IMG/VR virus record: IMGVR_UViG_3300010365_001171
Span: 21,118 to 85,117 of that record
From: a virus
Lineage: Duplodnaviria; Caudoviricetes
Direction: 5' to 3' (one strand)
Length of the DNA stretch: 64,000 nt
Part shown: positions 58,503-64,000 of the stretch, piece after piece
How the letters are laid out: every line of letters begins with the position of its first letter
Numbering within the stretch: the stretch's first letter is position 1
Position numbers and translations under genes: made by a program
Notes under the pieces: generated by a model
What the model saw: only the letters and a program-made list of their open reading frames with translations
Databases searched by the model: none
Told to the model about the DNA's origin: nothing

Positions 58503-58534
58503 TAAATATAACTAAAAAAATTAAGCTTTACAAC
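58503..58534 (-). promoter_or_regulatory. Putative promoter GTTG-N20-TATATTTA, possibly leaderless
   Basis: Minus strand GTTG (58534-58531), 20 nt, TATATTTA (58510-58503), then AGT and the ATG at 58499. Confidence 0.55.
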
Positions 58535-58564
58535 TAATTAGCAGTTTAAATAATATAATAAATT

Positions 58565-58590
58565 AAAAAAGGGGGCTAACTAGCCCCCTT
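58565..58590 (-). terminator. Intrinsic terminator containing the stop codon of the phosphoesterase gene
   Basis: GGGGGCTAACTAGCCCCC hairpin (58571-58588) with a U tract on the minus strand. Confidence 0.8.
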
Positions 58591-59859
58591 CATAAACCCT
58601 TCAAATGTTGCAACTAATCCTTCAACATAATTATGCACTAAAACCAGGCCTTTTCTTTGATTAAGTATAAACCCTTTTTCATTGTGCCAGGTATCTGTCT
58701 GAGATAAACTAGGAAATTGTTTTATAATAACACCATTTAATTCTTTTTCCATAAAATGATGCTTATCCCCTACATGTATTCTTTTATACAAAGTTTTACC
58801 CCAATCTTCCGAAAACTCTTGAGACATAATTCCAGGCAAACTTTCTAATTTACAATTACCATGATGATACATAATACAAGTATTTCCATAAACTAATACT
58901 TTTCTAGGTTTAGAGGAAACTGAAAACTCAATAGTTGGACAATTTCTAAAGTAGGCTTTCAAAGCGTGTGTTAAATAAAACTCCTTAGACTTACCATGGT
59001 TTCCAGGAACACCAATAACATTAATATTAGAACTATAAGTCATTAATTTTTCAATAACATTAACTAATAAATTGAAACCCTTCTCATAAGCTGTATCCCA
59101 GTATTCATTTATCTCTTGTACATTTAAACTAGAAGCTGTTGCATTATGAATATTATCTGTATTAAAGAAATCATTACCAACTATAAATGCAATCTTATCA
59201 ATATTACAAGACTTAGCTGCTTTATTAACTAAATCAAAAATTAAATTAAAATACTTTTGTCCTAATTCATCAAAAGACTCTCCTTCTAAACCTCTCTTAT
59301 CAATATGTAAATCAGGTATAGTAATCTCTAATAAATTTTTATCAGCTCTTGGACCTTTAACTTCTTTATGAACATTTACATATTGTTTCTTAGATTCAAA
59401 TGTTTTTAAAAAATTCATGAAGTTAGATTCAAATTTAGCTTCCTTATTTTTTAATTTAAATTGGGCTGTAACCAACCAACCTTTTGATTTTGCTTTAGAG
59501 TAATAATTACAAAGTACATATTCATCTGTATTTATTTTATGATCTTTAATTACTTGCTCCGGTCTAGGAGGATTTAAATAATATGTATTTACTGTAATTT
59601 CACCCAATTCTAAATTATGGTTGTAACTACCAAGCATCTCTTCTGTACTAGCTTCAACTAATTCTTCTACATTAGTATTGACAACTTCTTCATTCTTACG
59701 GCGTTGTCTTTTTAAATGTGATCTCCAAATATCATTAGTGTATGTGGATCTCTTTTTGTTAGGTTGCCCTATTTTAACATTAAATTTATTTGCTACTTCA
59801 AGCCATGTCATATCAACTGGCTTTCCGTTGTTTTGTGTTAAAAATTGTAATAATGTCAT
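58576..59859 (-). CDS. Calcineurin-like metallophosphoesterase / nuclease with a possible N-terminal HTH
   Basis: PDLHID, VGNDFFN, PGNHG, YHHG and VGDKHH metal-binding motifs. Confidence 0.85.
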   Translation of the reverse strand: MTLLQFLTQNNGKPVDMTWLEVANKFNVKIGQPNKKRSTYTNDIWRSHLKRQRRKNEEVVNTNVEELVEASTEEMLGSYNHNLELGEITVNTYYLNPPRPEQVIKDHKINTDEYVLCNYYSKAKSKGWLVTAQFKLKNKEAKFESNFMNFLKTFESKKQYVNVHKEVKGPRADKNLLEITIPDLHIDKRGLEGESFDELGQKYFNLIFDLVNKAAKSCNIDKIAFIVGNDFFNTDNIHNATASSLNVQEINEYWDTAYEKGFNLLVNVIEKLMTYSSNINVIGVPGNHGKSKEFYLTHALKAYFRNCPTIEFSVSSKPRKVLVYGNTCIMYHHGNCKLESLPGIMSQEFSEDWGKTLYKRIHVGDKHHFMEKELNGVIIKQFPSLSQTDTWHNEKGFILNQRKGLVLVHNYVEGLVATFEGFMKGAS

Positions 59860-59883
59860 ATTTTATGTTATTAATTTATACTA

Positions 59884-59907
59884 CAAAGTTACGAACTATT
59901 TTTCGTA
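59884..59907 (-). promoter_or_regulatory. Bacteroidota-type -7 box TAACTTTG with an overlapping palindrome
   Basis: TAACTTTG (59891-59884) matches TAnnTTTG; TACGAA-N6-TTCGTA inverted repeat at 59890-59907. Confidence 0.55.
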
Positions 59908-59927
59908 GTTGGTGCTAAATAGTTGTT

Positions 59928-59959
59928 AAAAGAAAAAAGAACGTAAGAATACGTTCTTT
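59928..59959 (-). terminator. Intrinsic terminator after the endolysin
   Basis: AAAGAACGTA (59936-59945) / TACGTTCTTT (59950-59959) stem, 4-nt loop, U tract on the minus strand. Confidence 0.78.
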
Positions 59960-59992
59960 AAAATGAAGTAAACCAAAAAAACTTCATTTGTA

Positions 59993-60565
59993 TTATAATA
60001 TATAAGATAAAAACTTAACTGCGTAAGTTTCAATTAATGCTGCTTTATCTGTTCCATTAATTATTGTGCGAGCACCTTTAAAATTAGTTACCTTAGAGTT
60101 AATAAAGTCAGAAAGTTTTTTTGTAGTATAGATACCGTGAATCATCCCATATACAATAGCAAACGCTGCAACATCAATACTAAGAAGTAACCCAGGATTT
60201 TTAACAACATCTATATCTTTACCAAATCTATCAATAATAGGCTGTCTTAATTTTTTATAATTATCAAGCCAAGTAACTTGTGCAAACCCATAACCTATAT
60301 GAGGATAATATTTTTTAGCTCTTAAATATGATTCAGGCCCTTTTTCTTTAATAGGTACAAACCGTTGAATCTTACCGGTGCTTTTACCATCATAGTCAAA
60401 TGCTTCATGATAAGCTGTTGCTAATATATAAGCTACTTGCGTTTTTAAGGTTATTCCTTGAGAAGCTGCTTCTTTAAGGATAGCAGTAATAGAGTCAACC
60501 TGTAACTGAGAGTATGAGCCATTAAATAAAGGCTTTTTAGCCCCATCAAAATTAAATTGTAACAT
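59993..60565 (-). CDS. Endolysin, glycoside hydrolase family 19-like
   Basis: QVAYILATAYHE, GYGFAQVTWLDNY and GARTIINGTDKA motifs; lies at the end of a membrane-protein cassette. Confidence 0.8.
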   Translation of the reverse strand: MLQFNFDGAKKPLFNGSYSQLQVDSITAILKEAASQGITLKTQVAYILATAYHEAFDYDGKSTGKIQRFVPIKEKGPESYLRAKKYYPHIGYGFAQVTWLDNYKKLRQPIIDRFGKDIDVVKNPGLLLSIDVAAFAIVYGMIHGIYTTKKLSDFINSKVTNFKGARTIINGTDKAALIETYAVKFLSYIL

Positions 60566-60569
60566 AGTA

Positions 60570-61010
60570 TTATTTTAGAATTAAAAAAGCAGCCGCAAGG
60601 ATTATTAAAGAAACCCCGCCAATTTTTATTTGTCCAACAGTGTTTTTATTTTTTAAATGCTTTATTTCATTAGCGTATATATTATTCCTTAAATTAGTTT
60701 CTTTAATACACATGTTTAATAATGTATCTTTTTCTGCAACTCTTAATTCTAATTCTTTGGTTCTAGACATAGCGTTATTATATTTAGCAGTCTGTATTTT
60801 ACCAAAGTTTTGAGATTCTTCTAAATCGCCCTTTAACATTTTTACCTCTTCTTGTGATCTTTTAAAAGAAATTAAATCGTTATTAATTTTAGTAATAGTA
60901 GTATTTCTAACAAATGTGTATTTAGAACTATCTATTGGCATAGTCTCGCTCCCATTGCTGTACAATGATACTAGCAGGGGTGTTATTAGAAGTATTAATA
61001 TCTTTCTCAT
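60570..61010 (-). CDS. Spanin-like protein (signal-like N-terminus, coiled coil, C-terminal TM)
   Basis: MRKILILLITPLLVSL; coiled-coil-like middle; IGGVSLIILAAAFLILK C-terminus; lysis context. Confidence 0.45.
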   Translation of the reverse strand: MRKILILLITPLLVSLYSNGSETMPIDSSKYTFVRNTTITKINNDLISFKRSQEEVKMLKGDLEESQNFGKIQTAKYNNAMSRTKELELRVAEKDTLLNMCIKETNLRNNIYANEIKHLKNKNTVGQIKIGGVSLIILAAAFLILK

Positions 61011-61326
61011 ATTGTATTTGCTTTATTGTATAAAAGTTATATTTAAAACTATCTTTTACTCTTATTCTTTCTACAATACTAAAAAAAGTATCTTCTAATT
61101 CTTTTTTTCTTGACAAATCTAAACTATCCTCATACATATATCTAGAACTGTTTAGCTTTATAAAGTTCTCTGTAGAAAGTGGTTCAGTTAATTTAGTAGG
61201 AAAAAAATTATTAATTATAGCCGTTATAGACATAAACAAAAAAGAGAGTAAAACTATTGCGCCTGTTATATTTATCCAATTTAATTTAATATTACTTATT
61301 ACTTTCATTTTTAGAGCATTTAACAT
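60928..61326 (-). CDS. Single-pass membrane protein, i-spanin-like (true start possibly 61308)
   Basis: INITGAIVLLSFLFMSITAII TM followed by a soluble region; overlaps the next gene by 83 nt. Confidence 0.45.
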   Translation of the reverse strand: MLNALKMKVISNIKLNWINITGAIVLLSFLFMSITAIINNFFPTKLTEPLSTENFIKLNSSRYMYEDSLDLSRKKELEDTFFSIVERIRVKDSFKYNFYTIKQIQYEKDINTSNNTPASIIVQQWERDYANR

Positions 61327-61666
61327 TTATAAAAGAAATTATACCTAGAGCAATTAGAACCGAAGTTACGTTATATAAGACAGGTTTATCCATAATTTGA
61401 TCAAGAAATAATTCTTTTATTAAAGTTATAAGCCTTCCACCACTACCCATAAAAAGAAGTAACATAGACACACTTATACTAGCATCCTTTTTTATAGAAA
61501 AAAAAGTTACAAGAAATAAAACAGACATTGATATAATGGCTAAAAATTGTGTAAAAATTGATAAGTAAAAATTATCAGTTATTACAAAACTTACTAACAA
61601 AAGTAATATACCGAGTATTCCAACAATAGTTAAACTACTCGTTAGAGCCTGTGTCACTACCGACAT
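61292..61666 (-). CDS. Multi-pass membrane protein (holin/antiholin-like)
   Basis: About four hydrophobic helices. The Met at 61666 is preferred over 61729 to limit overlap with the upstream gene. Confidence 0.5.
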   Translation of the reverse strand: MSVVTQALTSSLTIVGILGILLLLVSFVITDNFYLSIFTQFLAIISMSVLFLVTFFSIKKDASISVSMLLLFMGSGGRLITLIKELFLDQIMDKPVLYNVTSVLIALGIISFINVKCSKNESNK

Positions 61667-62063
61667 CTTTTGGCATTTCTTCATAGTTTTCAGTCTCTCC
61701 GTCTGTGAGAGGTGTTGTGCTTTCTCCATTTACTTTATTGTTTGCCCATTTACGGATAAAATCTTTAAAAAATTCTGCAAAAAATTCACTTTTTATAGAA
61801 CCTAAACCAACTATAACTACACTACCAAAAAAAGATGCTGCCCATATAAGTATTAAATTTATAGATAATTTAATATCTTTATCTAAAGTATATAAGAACA
61901 TCAAAAAAGCTGCGCCTATACTAAATATAAACATAAAAAAAATCTTAGTGCCTCCTGGTAAAACCTCTTTTTTATTATAATACTCAAGACCTAATCTAAA
62001 TGCAAAACCAATTATAGACACAATAATAACAGCCGCAATTTGTAAACTTGTAATATTTTGCAT
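61635..62063 (-). CDS. Putative holin
   Basis: Three hydrophobic helices and a charged acidic C-terminal tail, upstream of the endolysin. Confidence 0.55.
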   Translation of the reverse strand: MQNITSLQIAAVIIVSIIGFAFRLGLEYYNKKEVLPGGTKIFFMFIFSIGAAFLMFLYTLDKDIKLSINLILIWAASFFGSVVIVGLGSIKSEFFAEFFKDFIRKWANNKVNGESTTPLTDGETENYEEMPKDVGSDTGSNE

Positions 62064-62132
62064 CTTTTAAAATTAATTCATACAGTACAGATTATGATAC
62101 AATAATATACGAAAAATAAACAGAATAAAAAA

Positions 62133-62525
62133 TTATTGCTTATTTTTAACATTATTATTATGTATAATAACAGCTTTCTCTACATGATTTTTGTCTAAAA
62201 AATTTAAAACAGCACATAAAAAAATACCTGTTTTAGAAAGAGTATTTAAAGTTTTGTTAATTCCTAAACAATAAGAAATAGTTTCATCATTATAACCAAA
62301 TGAATGATAGAAACTTGTTTTGACTAAACAACGATTCCAAAGAGTTCTAAACTCTCGACAAGCAAACTTGTCGATGTTTAACGCCGTGCTGAAAAAATAC
62401 CCACAAATAGTTTCATAAAAAGTTTTCCTCCCAACAAACAATACTAAAATTAGATTGATGAAAGTTAATGGGAAAAATAGCAGGATCGCTATTATCGTTA
62501 ATGCAATATTCTTTAATAAAACCAT
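62133..62525 (-). CDS. Hypothetical membrane protein
   Basis: N-terminal hydrophobic stretch; IDKFA..LWN..FG..DETIS..LG..L..LDKNH pattern. Confidence 0.6.
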   Translation of the reverse strand: MVLLKNIALTIIAILLFFPLTFINLILVLFVGRKTFYETICGYFFSTALNIDKFACREFRTLWNRCLVKTSFYHSFGYNDETISYCLGINKTLNTLSKTGIFLCAVLNFLDKNHVEKAVIIHNNNVKNKQ

Positions 62526-62986
62526 TTTGAAAGGTATTGATTGATTAATAAATTTTTATTGTCCTCTATTTCATTTTTCTTACCAGTAAAGTATTCTAAT
62601 AAATAAGTAGCAAGTTCTACATTAGTAGAAAAAAGATTAGTAATTGTTTCAGTTAAAACTGCCCCGATACTTAAATTAAAATCAGAATAATAAAATTCTT
62701 GTTCACACCCTAATTTTTTATGTACATCAAATAACATATCTACGGTGATTGTAAGTGGAATAAAAGTATTTAGAAACACTTCGTTTATATCATCAGTCTT
62801 ACTAAAAGTATCCCTAATTATATTCACGAACTTTGCAACACTATCAAGAGGGTATTTTGAGATAGTTTGTCCTATAAAAAAAACATCCTTTCTTTTAAGG
62901 TTAAGGGTGATTAATTCGTTGCCGTAAAATTTTATCACATTAGGAGTTGGCAAAACATCCTCTGTTATGTTTATATCTTCTTGCAT
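62513..62986 (-). CDS. Hypothetical protein
   Basis: 157-aa ORF overlapping the next gene. Confidence 0.6.
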   Translation of the reverse strand: MQEDINITEDVLPTPNVIKFYGNELITLNLKRKDVFFIGQTISKYPLDSVAKFVNIIRDTFSKTDDINEVFLNTFIPLTITVDMLFDVHKKLGCEQEFYYSDFNLSIGAVLTETITNLFSTNVELATYLLEYFTGKKNEIEDNKNLLINQYLSKWFY

Positions 62987-63040
62987 TTTATTTTATTTTA
63001 TTTAAAGTGTATTATCAAATCATAACTGTTGATTTGTATT

Positions 63041-64000
63041 TTATTGATTACCATTAGAGTTGACGATCACCCATACCCAATGCAGACCGTCAGTATTTAT
63101 CGACTTGATAGTGATAGAACTAAATCTATCAGGAAATGCCCCACCACTTGCGCTGTCTGCGAACTTTGCAGATGTTAGTTTATCGATTGTTAAGCCTAGG
63201 GAGTGATAGACGCTTTCTCCAGTAAGATTAATATACCGAATAGAAGAGTCTGAATTTCTATTCGAGATTGTTATTATGCGGTCTTTAAAGTTTACCGCTA
63301 ATGGAATATTAAGGTCAATATCTCCTGTACCATTATCCCACCTAATAACGTGTTCTACATTATTATCTACGCTGCTATTTGTCGAAATTATTTGTGTCTT
63401 ACTTGAATAACCTCCATTAGTATCTATTCCCTTACTACCTATTCCATTATGAGGGTATGGTACAGCGTATTCATAAGTATTTTCTTCCCACTCTGAAATT
63501 TCTGATGTCAAGTAGCCAGCGGCAGCATGATTTCCCCAATCATAAGATACCCTTGAATTTTCAATGTCTTTTTGTAATTGTGAGTATGATATTGCTTCAT
63601 TTGGGCCACCAGCAACACCCTTTATGTCCGTAAGTAATTGGTATGTAATGCCATCAATACTGTGAGATATCTTTGTACGAATATCGAAATAACCATGAGC
63701 TGTTACATGGGTAATATCATATTCTGCGCCTAAGTCAATGACTACTTCACCTAGAATATTTGTGTTATTAAAATAAGAGAAACCCCCAGTATCACCATCA
63801 ACTAAAATTGAAGCTGGCTGCCCATTAAATGAAGAGATGTTAGTTCCTGTTACTGTTTTACTTAGTGCGACGTTTACAAAATCAGAATAAACCTCAAATT
63901 CGGTCATTGAAATATACCCACCATTCCATCCTGATACACTAGAGGCTGTCAACTTAATATATCTAGCACGGAAAGTAGATTGAAATAATGATTTAAGTTT
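63041..64000 (-). CDS. Tail fibre / receptor-binding protein with discoidin (F5/8 type C)-like domains, 5' partial
   Basis: The frame is open to the window end and reads FRARYIKLTAS..SMTEFEVY, then NVALSKTVTG..LVDGD..VVIDLG; YDWGNHAAAGYLT fibre motif. Confidence 0.7.
   Translation of the reverse strand, partial: KLKSLFQSTFRARYIKLTASSVSGWNGGYISMTEFEVYSDFVNVALSKTVTGTNISSFNGQPASILVDGDTGGFSYFNNTNILGEVVIDLGAEYDITHVTAHGYFDIRTKISHSIDGITYQLLTDIKGVAGGPNEAISYSQLQKDIENSRVSYDWGNHAAAGYLTSEISEWEENTYEYAVPYPHNGIGSKGIDTNGGYSSKTQIISTNSSVDNNVEHVIRWDNGTGDIDLNIPLAVNFKDRIITISNRNSDSSIRYINLTGESVYHSLGLTIDKLTSAKFADSASGGAFPDRFSSITIKSINTDGLHWVWVIVNSNGNQ

Noticed and set aside
62987-63003. TTTTA microrepeat upstream of 62986
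   Set aside because: An A-rich translation initiation region on the minus strand, expected in an AT-rich Bacteroidota-type genome.
1-64000. Stop-codon reassignment as seen in some crAss-like phages
   Set aside because: ORFs up to 2678 aa are intact under the standard code, and TAG (14395, 58576) and TGA end genes at sensible positions.
1-64000. CRISPR array, tRNA genes, or a diversity-generating retroelement
   Set aside because: No regularly spaced repeats, cloverleaf structures or reverse transcriptase motifs were seen, and intergenic space is minimal.
63041-64000. Apparent higher GC in the tail fibre gene as evidence of recent acquisition
   Set aside because: Impression only; a sliding-window GC and codon-usage calculation would be needed and I cannot run it.

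Overview
This window is 64 kb of an AT-rich phage genome of crAss-like (Crassvirales-type, probably Bacteroidota-infecting) architecture, read in the standard genetic code. It has two convergent arms that meet at a bidirectional terminator near 19.32 kb. The + arm (1-19303) carries an amidoligase / two glutamine amidotransferase / COOH-NH2 ligase cluster, a RusA-like nuclease, family A DNA polymerase, class I ribonucleotide reductase (nrdB, nrdA), dUTPase, a dNTP diphosphohydrolase-HAD fusion and small accessory genes. The - arm (19349-64000) carries giant virion cargo proteins including a DFDVD-motif virion RNA polymerase, a tail lysozyme protein, tail stabilisation and ring proteins, an IHF-like protein, a metallophosphoesterase, a lysis cassette and a partial tail fibre. 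Selfish elements are two group I introns whose splice sites can be placed exactly (1524-2504 in a glutamine amidotransferase gene with an antisense endonuclease ORF; 7913-8885 in polA with a LAGLIDADG ORF in the P1 loop), a Gln-ending mini-intein in nrdA, and two free-standing GIY-YIG genes. The most striking unexplained pattern is in the cargo array. These proteins are almost cysteine-free, yet at four gene junctions a C-terminal Cys faces an N-terminal Cys of the next cargo gene product. The junctions fall into two sequence classes, and one appears to split a protein domain across two polypeptides. This suggests a head-to-tail docking or disulfide chain that links the ejected proteins. No capsid, portal, terminase, tRNA or CRISPR array was seen. 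All family assignments are from motif recognition by eye; no database searches were run.
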